Assembly (NCBI GenBank): GCA_012295275.1
Contig: CM022677.1
Span: 13,144,001-13,208,000, forward strand
Source: Chrysomallon squamiferum
Lineage: Eukaryota; Animalia; Mollusca
DNA length: 64,000 bases
Direction: 5' to 3'
The position numbers and the translations under genes are program-made. Shown piece by piece: positions 12,368 to 24,409 of this stretch. The notes under the pieces were generated by a model. The model was given only the letters and a program-made list of their open reading frames with translations, was not told the origin of the DNA and made no database searches. Each line of letters begins with the position of its first letter. Position 1 is the first letter of the stretch.

Positions 12368-15300
12368 GTAAAAACTGATTATTTACAGTAATTTCCCTTC
12401 ATCTGAATGGGAAAGTTACACATTTTATATTAGATTTTTTTTAAATAATTTTGTATTTTAAATAATAATTAAATGCAATATTTAGTAGATTTATACTTTT
12501 TGTATTTTCTCTTTAATAGCATAATTTAAGCCTTTATGTCAGGATTGTTTGAAATATCCACTAGGTTGTGTTTCTTCATGTAACATCAGTGTGTTTGTTT
12601 CAGTACAATTCTAGAGTTGCAGTCTCAGCTCGATTTCAAGAAATAAGTTCATGAATGAATGAATGAATGGGTAAGTGAATGAATGAATGAGTGAGTGAGT
12701 AAATTAGTGATTGAATGGTTTTGGAATACATTTTAGCTTTACATAATTATTATAATCTGGATATTTCATTTTTAATTAACCATTATAATAATTATCTTAA
12801 AGAAAAGAACAATCTAAAACCAGCTAAAGAAATAGTCAAATTAATGTGATTAATAGAAAACAAATAATATCTTTGTGTCTGTATCTGCCAATCCATTTAT
12901 CCATCAACCCATCTATCTGTCTGTCTGTCTGTATATCCATACATCCATCCAGCCAGCAATCACCCTCTCAGCTATCAATCTTTCTGTATAAATATCTGAA
13001 TCTTTCTTTCTTTCTGGGTTTTTTTCTGTCATTCTGTCTATCTTTGTGTCTCCATGTTTGCCTCCCTCTCTATCTGTGTTTCTGTGTGAATCTTTCTTTC
13101 TTTCAGTTTTATTTGGTTGTTTTGTTTATGTTTTGTCTCTTTTTTCTTCCTTAATATTAACGGCTACAATATGTAATGTAGATAATTTATATAAAAGTAT
13201 ATAATACAGATGGTATATAATTTGAAAATATAAAACATAGATAGTATATAATTTGTTTTACTATTTTAATTATGAAGTTTTTTCTTTCATTTTGTTAACC
13301 AAAATTCATTTAGAATTTCAGATTGTAATTGATCTTTTTTCCTTCTTCCTCTTAATATTATTTTTTAGCATTTGTATCATTCATATGCTACAACGTTCAA
13401 CTAGAAAGAAAATAGTAAAAATTTATATATTCTGTTTTAGTATATTTTGCAGAAAATATTATTTATTTATTTATTTCTGGGATACTTAAAGACTAGCTGT
13501 AAAAAATATTATATTCGGTTTCACTCATCACTTATTTCAGAGACTAATATGGTTTACATGGAGCTGGTAAACAGAGCAAACTGTGTTATTATCATAAAAT
13601 GACGCATTCGCTGTATACCTCAGTTAGTACCGTCCGACTTACTGATCGTTTTGCTATTTTATGCAAGGTCAAAGGACACGTCTTGAAAATATGCATTAAG
13701 AGTAGAAATAATGTCTAACTACTTGTTATGCTGTTTATTGTTCGAATGGTTTATAATCAGTTATTACTACTAATATCCTCTACCTACTACTACTGATAAA
13801 CAGTATACTACAAATACAGATCAGGCTATAAATTATAACTACTATATAGTAACTACTGCTACAATAACTATGTACTATGTACTCTACTATACATTAACTA
13901 TGTACTATGTACTCTACTATACATTACAATAACTATTATTACCATGTAAGTACTGCTACTAGGAGTGCGACGACTGCTACTTATTTGTCACGTGCTATGT
14001 ACACTGCACTGTACTATAAATAGTCTTTACAGTATGACGTTTCTTCTAGTTAATAAAATGTATAACATTGGAGACAAAGGGAGATTACTCTAGCTGTACT
14101 GTGTAATCCTTGTTTACCAAGAAGAAGGAAATCAAAAGAAATTATATAAAATAAATAAATAAATAAATAAAACTTAAACAGTTGAAACAAAATTTGAATG
14201 AATAAATAAAAAGTTGAAAATAATAATGACAAGAAAATGCTCATTCAAACTTGAATATTTTATTTCTTGTTTTAAAAGTAGTTTCATCCCAGGAAAATGA
14301 AAATAAAATACTGTCAAGGAGAAAACATCACTATGGTTACATCGGAATCAAATATTCACACGAGTTGCTCAGCTGAGATGAGTTTGAATGTTTAAATAAA
14401 TTGTACGTGATGTCTCACACGTGTTGAACTAGTGAACCAAACAAAGAAGACGTTTTTCTTTTCTTTTTTTAGACTAGTATTTCGATATTCCTTTTATTTG
14501 TATTAATCTGTTTTATATTTATTTATTTATCTATCTATTTAATTATTTATTTATTTACATTTAATTTCGAAAAAAAACAACGGTTTCAGTGGCAACACTG
14601 GAATTTAAAATATATATGTTTATTAAACTGTCTAAATGTCACTAACATAGAAACAACAACAAAAACAAAATCATATAACAGTGAAAGAAAAATAAAATAA
14701 AAATAAAAATAAATGAAAGGAGTAATAAATAAAGCAACACACCCGCCTCAACATCAATATACCCACTTGATGCGGCCATGTTTAGAAGAAACAAATTTGT
14801 TGCGATGATTCAGACAAGATTCACAATCCAAATAAAGAGTTTACGTTCAGAGAAGCCAGTAACAAGTTAAATCAGTGATGTGAAAAGCGGTCACGTGGTT
14901 ATATACAAACGTAGAAAATCACACATTTTTATATCAGAGGAGACATTTGATAAAATTACCTTTTAATTTTCCATTAAAATATAAACAAAGAAAACTGCAC
15001 TTCGTTGATGGTAAATTATGAAAAAACATATTACGACAGACATAAAAAAAAATGGTATAAAAATTGTCGTTACTTGAGAAAAAAAAGTATTTGAGGTTTC
15101 GATGCATGAATGGAGACTTTCTAGTAGAATGCATCAGTTGAACCATAAAAGTGAATCAATCCTTATTTCAGTATTTACAATTATTTATTTATTTATTGTC
15201 TATTTTCAGTATTTACAAACGAAGAGAGGTAAAACATTTGTAAATGACTTTAATAGTGTAGGACATTGACAGACGTTCATTGTAAGCAGCTGTTATTTGT

Positions 15301-15798
15301 ATCCTCGCTAACAACAAAACGTGTGACTTGATCAGGATGTGTACATTTATAACGAGACTAAGATGTATAAAATTTCAGAATCTCAGCCGCGTGGATAGAG
15401 AAAGAACCGAGTAACCTGTTTAAAGTGTGCTAAGTAATTGTATGTAGACACACACGTAGTTTCAGGGTCTGTTATATTGGTTTACCATGAAGAAATAACG
15501 TATTTATATAATAATAAGTAATGCAAACAACAAGCACACAAAGAAACAAATTAAATTAATTAAATTACTTAATGAAAGCTAATAAAGTAATAGGAATCTT
15601 GTATTAGAATATTCACTGTGATAAACCTGGTTTTAAATACACTTTCATAAGTATCTGAAATAGAACTAATCTGAAACATGAATTAGATGTTTCAGTACGT
15701 AACGAATGAAAACTCTTTGTGTTGTAAAGCGCCGCACTTTTTACTGTTTCAGTTCCTTCGTCAGAGATCGCGACTGTCACAGGCGTGCTTCACAGCGG

Positions 15799-15972
15799 CT
15801 CGCTCTGATTAGTTCGTTCATTGTTCACTCGCTCTGATTAGTTCGTTCATTGTTCACTCGCTCTGATTAGTTCGTTCATTGTTCACTCGCTCTGATTAGT
15901 TCGTTCATTGTTCACTTGCTCTGATTAGTTCGTTCATTGTTCACTCGCTCTGATTAGTTCGTTCATTGTTCA
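15799..15972. repeat. 29-bp minisatellite x6
   Basis: CTCGCTCTGATTAGTTCGTTCATTGTTCA in tandem with no spacers. Confidence 0.95.
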
Positions 15973-16824
15973 CTCTCTCGCTCACTGTTTCAGAGTCTGT
16001 GCTAGTCAGAAGAAACAAATTCGACTGCGCAGTTACTGATAAGAATGCAGTAACTCACTCGTGGATGATAAAGCAAATAAGGTGTTTAAGTTTACAAAAC
16101 CAAAAAAATAACAACTGCGTTATGGAGAGTGGTCACTGGTTATATTCAAACACTGATAATCACATGTTTTAATACCGGGGAGGTGTATACCTTTCAAATT
16201 TGTACTTCAGACATAGACATAAGACTGTCTTCAAACTTTAATAAAAGCTACTTTTTTTGGTCTTGACATGGTTATTAAACACGACCATATTTAAAAGAAA
16301 GAGGTCACGAGGTATAGTAATATTATCGCAGTGATTAAACCATATAAGGAGATGTTTAATACTTATGGGACTACTTTCGCAGTGTTGTTATAAAATGACG
16401 TAGGACGGCAAAGTATGAAGATTTCTTTTCTTTTAGCCATTACCAATAAGGTGTGTAGAGAAATAACAGAAGTTATAATTATCAACTTTGTTGACGGGAG
16501 CAAGTTTAAAAATATAAGTAACTGTTAACGTTACAAACTGTGTTTGTAAATAGGCACAAATACAAACATATAACGACGATAATATCTGTTATCATTACAA
16601 ACAGTGGCACTTCTCATTATTCTTCTTCGCTTTTTATTAACTATTATTTTTATTTCTGAGCGTGCGCTTCCTATATTAAAGTGTATTAGTATATTTACAT
16701 TTTTATTATTACTGTTAACGTTAACGACGTTGCTGTCGTACCTGAGTTATCCTTGACAGCTTCGTGCACTTCTCATTATTCGTTATCGCGTTTTAGTAAC
16801 TATTATTCTTACTTTCTGACAGTA

Positions 16825-16859
<35 letters not shown>

Positions 16860-17270
16860 TGTAGTAATTCTCGCAGTCGTTGCCATCGTGCCGCCATTGT
16901 TCCTAATGCTGTTGGTGTATTTCACATTATTTTTAGCGCTTTGTATTAACCATTATTCCTACTTTCATTGTGTGCAACCCTATTTCACTACATACTGTTC
17001 CACTGCGCTTTCTATTAATTGTTAGTCTCACTTTCAGTGTGCACACCCTGTATTAAAACGTATTATTAGTATTTGTATTAATGTCGCCGTCGTTGTAGTC
17101 ATATAGACGTTGTTGCTATATTTTTATTCTTAGTGTTTTATTATTCACGTTTCCTACGTTGCTATCGTACCTGCGTTGTCCGTGATGCTTGGTGTACTTC
17201 TCATTATTCTTTTTCTATAAAATATTTTACTATTATTATTATTATTATTTTTATTATTATTATTATTATT

Positions 17271-17305
<35 letters not shown>

Positions 17306-18282
17306 CACTACTATTTGAATTAATTCTCGCAGTCGTAAGGATATTGTACGTAACATTGTTTTTGGTGTACATCTTATTATTCGTCTTCGCTTTTTATCAA
17401 ACTTCAACTCAGAAAATTAGTTCTATATTAACAAGATATATATATATATATATATAAATTTAAAATTTTTTAAAAGATATAAAAAGAAAAGAAAAAAGCT
17501 TTTCAATCTAATCTGACAGGCAGGAAGATATAATTCTCCAAACTGAACAACAGAAACTGGTTTGCTTAAAAGAACCCCAGATTTTACTATTCACCAACAC
17601 ACATTCAAATTCAATACCTGCAAAATAAGACGAACAAAAAAACATACAAGTTCTTTTTCATATTGCCATCAGCGATTTTACAACACAATATGCAACCTTT
17701 TCATGTCGATTATGTATTGCAATAAAATGTTGTATTGCTTATTTTCATAGCTGTTTATAAAACCTTTCACAGATTTTCTGTTGCTTTCCTGTGGCTCATA
17801 TCTACAGCTGCAGACAAACAAGTAAAGATCCATAGAACTGTATGAGATCAATATTGTTATAAATAATCTTATTTGAAAATAAGGAATGTATAGGCTTTCT
17901 AATATGTCGGAGGAGAGAGAGAGACACACACACACACACACACACACCCATACACACACACACACACACACAAACACACATATATTTATAAAACATATGA
18001 CACTGAAATTCAGTAAAAAACCTGAATACACATGACTGACACAAAATGACTTCTCAAAACACTGTCTGACATTCTCTGACAAAACTTGCGAAGAGAAAAT
18101 AAAAACATTCATTTACATATCACCTGCATGCACATATACACACTTGTTCATGACACACGCTCACACACACTTGTTCATGACACACTCACACACATACACA
18201 AGCCACACATAAACACAGAGAAAACATACACATTCATAAAAAATCACAGAACTGCACAACAATACACAAACACAGATACGCG

Positions 18283-18920
18283 GCACATGATCAAATACAA
18301 CCATACACAGATACACACGATCAAATACAACACATACACAGGACACATGATCAAATACAACACATACACAGATACACATGACACATGATCAAATACAACA
18401 CATACACAGGACACATGATCAAATACAACACATACACAGGACACATGATCAAATACAACACGTACACAGATACACATGACACATGATCAAATACAACACA
18501 TACACAGATACACATGACACATGATCAAATACAACCATACACAGATACACATGACACATGATCAAATACAACACATACACAGGACACATGATCAAATACA
18601 ACACGTACACAGATACACATGACACATGATCAAATACAACACATACACAGATACACATGACACATGATCAAATACAACACATACACAGATACACATGACA
18701 CACAATCAAATACAACACGTACACAGATACACATGACACATGATCAAATACAACACATACACAGGACACATGATCAAATACAACACATACACAGATACAC
18801 ATGACACATGATCAAATACAACACATACACAGATACACATGACACATGATCAAATACAACACATACACAGATACACATGACACACAATCAAATACAACAC
18901 GTACACAGAAACACATGATC
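18283..18920. repeat. 31/38-bp minisatellite, about 18 copies
   Basis: ACACATGATCAAATACAACACATACACAG(G|ATACACATG) in tandem. Confidence 0.93.
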
Positions 18921-19989
18921 ACCATTATCTGTTTTTCCCTGTGGCAGCTGTTATGTAAAATGTATTTTGTTGAATCGCTGGTTTTCTTCAATCCATTTTC
19001 ATTAGAATATGTTTTACATTGATTATAGATAGACAGTAACTTTAATATTAAAATGTACAAACACACCTGCAAACACACAACCCACCCACACACACACACA
19101 CAAACACACACACATCCACCCACACATAGAAAAAGAACATAATCTCGAGTAATTTTAAACTGCTATAGATTAGAACTTTTGCAACAACCTTCCTATAAAC
19201 AGGAAATAATTTAATCATATATTACTAATTCTAGAAAGGGAGTCGTAATTACTAAAACTGATTCTGAACCATTGATTACTTGCATATACAAATAATAAAA
19301 GCAGCATCAATATGTTTCCAAAACATATTTATTTAAAAATTTACATTTTTATATATATGTATATAAATGTAAAATTGCAATTATATAGGCACATTATAAA
19401 AATAAATTTTTAATAGTCATTATTGCATATAAATTATTAAAGTGTCTTAGGATAAAAAAAAGTTATAAAGGTACTACTTTGATAATCAGATTTCCAAAAA
19501 TGACATTAGTTAAAAGAGAATGATTTTCTAACTAACCAGTAACGAAAATAATTTAAAATATATATATATATATATTTTAAAATATGTGTGTATTCTGTTT
19601 TGAAATTATTTTATCTTAAAATACTGATTGCAAGTAAAATATGTTTCTGTTAATAATGTTTATGTTTTATAAAACAGGTTTGGTGACAGTGAAAAACTTG
19701 AATCTGTTAAGAAAAAAAAAAAAGGCCAGAATTAATTCAAGTCTCAGTTTGCTGACACACACACGCACACACACACACACACACACACATTTCTTCTGAA
19801 TTTTATTTTGAAATTTTATTTTTTACGTTATCAGATATTGCTTTACTTAAACAAGACTTTAAAAATATAGAGATTATGAAATAACATTATATGCTGTTTC
19901 ACATTCTACAAACACAAACATACACCTCTAGACACACAAACACTTAAACAACAACATATATATTACCATGTTCTCTTTCAGCATATTTT

Positions 19990-20238
19990 CTGCTTCCAGC
20001 CTGAACAGTGACAGTGAGATACACAAACTCTGCTTTCTTCCAGTCTGAATAGTGACAGTGAGATTCACAAACTCTGCTTTCTTCCAGTCTGAACAGTGAC
20101 AGTGAGATACACAAACTCTGCTTTCTTCCAGTCTGAACAGTGACAGTGAGATTCACAAACTCTGCTTTCTTCCAGCTTGAACAGTGACAGTGAGATACAC
20201 AAACTTTGCTTTCTTCCAGTCTGAACAGTGACAGTGAA
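19990..20238. repeat. 44-bp minisatellite, ~5.5 copies (paralog at 54794-55022)
   Basis: CTGCTTTCTTCCAGTCTGAACAGTGACAGTGAGATACACAAACT; ACAGTGAGAT at 20011, 20055 and 20099. Confidence 0.93.
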
Positions 20239-20456
20239 TTAAATGGCTGTAAGGAATAGTACTAAATAAAAACAAATATAAAAAAAGATAAAAATATTTA
20301 AATTAAGTAAATATATAAAATGAAATAATAATAAAAGCGGTAAAATAAAGTAGATGATAAATAAATAGAAAACATTTTAAGTAAGAAAGAAAAAAATAAA
20401 AATAAATAAATAAAGTATGTTACGTGTAAATAATATATTAAAATATGGATTCCTAC

Positions 20457-20610
20457 CGTCAGTGCGTGGCCTAAGGTCAGGGGATAAATGTGTCACAAGC
20501 TGTATTCATAGCTCGCCAGAAATAACTGCTCCAAAGACAACTCTACAAAGAAACCCAATTCTTCGTTTTTGACAGTCACTTGAATACTTTTATACCGACT
20601 TATGAACTAG

Positions 20611-20612
<2 letters not shown>
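20457..20612 (-). promoter_or_regulatory. Promoter/non-coding first-exon module, copy 1 (no downstream coding exon found)
   Basis: Homologous to 29689-29900, 55513-55685, 63340-63540 and 63677-63862. Minus-strand TATAAAA at 20594-20588 and donor G|GTAGGA at 20456. Confidence 0.55.
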
Positions 20613-20709
<97 letters not shown>

Positions 20710-21085
20710 GTGTGTGTATGTTTATGTGTATTTGTCTCCCATATATTTTATAATATACTGTAAAGTGTGCTAATATTAGCAAGATTTTGTTTAAAGTTCC
20801 TTTAATAATTAGATTTTTTTCTCAAACGGTATGTACGTGACTGTGTATGTTTCATATAGATTTTGTATGGAATTGTCTGAACTAAGCTTATCACACATTC
20901 TAGTAATATTCAGAAAGGCAGCTTCATGTGTACATTATCATAGGTAGTGAAGAATTTTACTGAAGCTTTGTCTGCGAATGAGATAAAACATAATTCAGTA
21001 TAGATCCTAAAAAAGTCATATCCGATGTTTGCACCCAAACAAACACAAACATAACAGAAATACACCCAAAGAGATAGACTGATAC

Positions 21086-21179
<94 letters not shown>

Positions 21180-21235
21180 TGTCATGAATGTTTTTTCCTC
21201 CTCCAAATGTCACTGATCTTCCCCAACCTCACCAT

Positions 21236-21294
<59 letters not shown>

Positions 21295-21601
21295 ATAGTA
21301 GTAGTAGTAGGAGTTATAATGATTCTCAGCACATAGTAATCCGTATGTAAATCAACAACAACAACAACAAAAAAAGAATATATTACTTATTATTGTTTTT
21401 GTTTTTTTAAATATATAGTAATACACTATCAATTTAAAAAATTTCATGTTCATTTCTAATCACAAAAATATGCATGATAATAATTTATATCCAGTTTCTT
21501 AATAAGCTACATTAATAAAATAGCTATTTTAATATTTGAAATAAATGTTTTTAGTAACATAATAAGTTTAGAAAATATCTTACTAATAAAACAGTGTCTA
21601 C

Positions 21602-21808
21602 CTCTGTAGTTACTGTCTCAGAGATGTCATTGCTTGTACAGGTTTGTCTCTGTAGTTACTGTCTCAGAGATGTCATTGCTTGTACAGGTTTGTCTCTGTA
21701 GTTACTGTCTCAGAGATGTCATTGCTTGTACAGGTTTGTCTCTGTAGTTACTGTCTCAGAGATGTCACTGCTTGTACAGGTTTGATGTCATTGCTTGTAC
21801 AGGTTTGT
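21602..21808. repeat. 46-bp minisatellite, ~4.5 copies, partly derived from a VWA exon relic
   Basis: CTCTGTAGTTACTGTCTCAGAGATGTCATTGCTTGTACAGGTTTGT starts at 21602, 21648, 21694 and 21740. Only 2 copies at 56965-57056. Confidence 0.92.
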
Positions 21809-21850
21809 AGCTAGTTCATTCAGGCCATTCTTCAGCTCATTTTCAAAATG
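21785..21850 (-). pseudogene. VWA exon relic (FENELKNGLNELATNLYK..)
   Basis: Matches FNNGVKNALNGLATNLYT of the 33.7-kb VWA fragment at both DNA and protein level, then frameshifts into the 46-bp repeat. Confidence 0.7.
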
Positions 21851-22662
21851 TTACATTGTGACATATTGAAAGAGAAAAAAAAATATATAGTGATAGTGTT
21901 AATAAAATGTTGACATACTGAGAGATTGTTAAAAACAAGAGCAACATTATTATACTCTCAATCGATTATCTTTCAGTTTCATTTGACATTTTGAAAGATT
22001 AAAAACCCAAAATATTATTTTATATTTAATAATTAATAAACCAGACTAATATCTGGATTAATCTGTCAATACAATTTCAACGTCAATTACATTATAACAT
22101 AATGAAAAATTAAAATAAAAGTAATTTTATTATTTATAATTGACCATTATTAGGCATTAATAGGCAAATATAACATTATGTCACTCATAATAATATGCAT
22201 ATCTATCTATCTACGTATCTATCCATAAATGTATTTATGTATCTATCTATTTGTCTAACTATCAATCTATCCCTCTATCTCACCACAAATGTATATAAGA
22301 AACATAGAAACAAAAAATGAAAATGTGTGTATGTATAAATAAATACAACACACAGAGAGAAGTATGTTGGACATTCTGTAAAATGTACAACACAAAATAG
22401 ATTAAGAGTATGTGCACAGTCATGCGCACAAACCCATTCACCATACTAAAACGCACTCAACATGGATTTAAAATAAACAAACACAAAAATGAAAATGTGT
22501 GCTTATAAAAACAAAACACAACAACAAATATGTTGTACATTTCTGTAAAATGTACAACAACAAAAATTATTAAGAGTATGTACACGGTCATGCGCACACA
22601 CCCACTCACCACACTAAAAGACACTCAAAGTGGATTTAAGATAAACAAACAAACAAATAAAA

Positions 22663-22865
22663 CTAACCCGTAGTTGGACAGTTAACATTGGTATTACAAT
22701 TCTCTAAGTAGTTCTGAGTGCTGAGTCCAGGACAGGTCTTTCCTCCGTTTGCAGGGCTGGGGTTTGTACAGAGTCGTGTGTCGTATCTTGTTCTTTTACC
22801 AGTGCCACACGTCACACTGCAGGGTCCGTGTCGGTCAAGCTGCCAGTTAGTCCAGCCACCATCAA
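22663..22865 (-). CDS. Gene A terminal exon: TSP1 repeat
   Basis: VDGGWTNWQLDRHGPCSVTCGTGKRTRYDTRLCTNPSPANGGKTCPGLSTQNYLENCNTNVNCPTTG*; acceptor TGTACAG; TAG at 22665-22663. Confidence 0.92.
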
Positions 22866-24158
22866 CTGTACAACAATAACATATGAATGTGTGTGTGTTT
22901 GTATATGTATGTGTGGTTATGTATATGGTTAAATGTATATGTAGGTATATATATGTATATATGTATTTGTATGTATCTCTGTGTGTATGTTTATGTATAT
23001 CTGTGCCTGCGTGCGTGTGTGTCTATACATCTTTTATTCTTACCTGCATTGACTCTTGGTTGATGTTAGAGATTGACATAAAAATTGTTATTATCCATAT
23101 ACTTTAATATAAAGCGATGTCAATACTGTAAAAGAAACATGTTCTAGAATACATCAGATTCCTTACAACATGTCCAGCTGAGATTAGATTTGAAATAAAT
23201 AAATAAATAAATGTATGTAGATATGCTTGTATGTATGCTTATGTATGTATGGTTATGTATGTATGATCACTGTGTGTGTGTGTGTTTGTGTGTGTGTTAA
23301 TTACAAACACAATATTAACCTGCACATTTTGCTGTGAGAGCCTTCAACTGCGTGGCTAATTCTTCATAGTTTGCTGCTTGCAGAACGTGACTGGGTGTGC
23401 TTGCAATGGCCCTCAGTTCTCTCTGTGTGGCCTGACCCACCCCCACACCATAGATCACTATGTCAGCATTCTTCGCAAGCGTCGCCTCCTGCGCAGTCTT
23501 CACCGTGTTCGAAGATTCACCGTCAGTGATAATAATCATCAACTACAATTAAAAACGAAAACCTAAAGTAACAACTCACAGACTTTTATTATCATCACCT
23601 TTATGATGTCCACTTTACTCATAATGCCCCCTTTATCTAAAATGTTCCCTTTATTCATATTATAACCGTTATTGGTAATGTTACCTTTATTCATACTGCC
23701 TCTCTTATTCATACTGTTTCTCTTATTCATTATACGTTAACTTTATTCATACTGTAACCATTATTCGTAATTTCACTTTTATTCACTAACTCACTTTTGT
23801 TGCCGTTTTTCTGCCAAACTTAGCGAATAGGTCCCTTGCAGCTTCTATCCCAAGAAACGTGTACGTGGCCCCATTTGGATAGGGAAGTTGGTTAATGCTC
23901 TTTTTCACATCAGTGATGCTGCTGCTGAGCTCAATTTTGGCATCGACTTGGTGACTGAATAGTACAAGACCAATTTTCAAATCTCTGCCCAAACTAAACA
24001 GATTATCAGTGAGTCCAATCAAAGTCTGCTTGAGAATGTTGTTAAAAGTGTTTTCTCCAATACTGAATGAACCATCCACGACAACAACAATATCCATGAT
24101 GTTGCTGCAGACTGAAAAATGTCATATTTTCATTATCATTAGTAAATATCAAGATAGC

Positions 24159-24255
<97 letters not shown>

Positions 24256-24363
24256 ATTTGGGTTTCGTATGGTTATATGCATATGTATAAATAATCTATG
24301 TATGTATGAATGTATGTATGTATGTATGTATATATAGATGGTATATGTATGTGTATATATCTC

Positions 24364-24409
<46 letters not shown>

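Larger units (their letters stand above)
10660..22900 (+). repeat. Segmental duplication, copy 1 (direct repeat of ~46305-58185)
   Basis: Colinear matches: 11671 AGATATGTACACCTGTTT = 47794; 12306 exon = 48414; 15799 array = 51608; 20457 module = 55513; 22663-22872 = 57914-58123. The portion 10660-11530 matches 46305-47490 more loosely. Confidence 0.95.

Noticed and set aside
15799-15972. 29-bp direct repeats (also 51608-52040) of CRISPR-like length
   Set aside because: Units are head-to-tail with no unique spacers, there are no cas genes, and the context is eukaryotic. It is a minisatellite.
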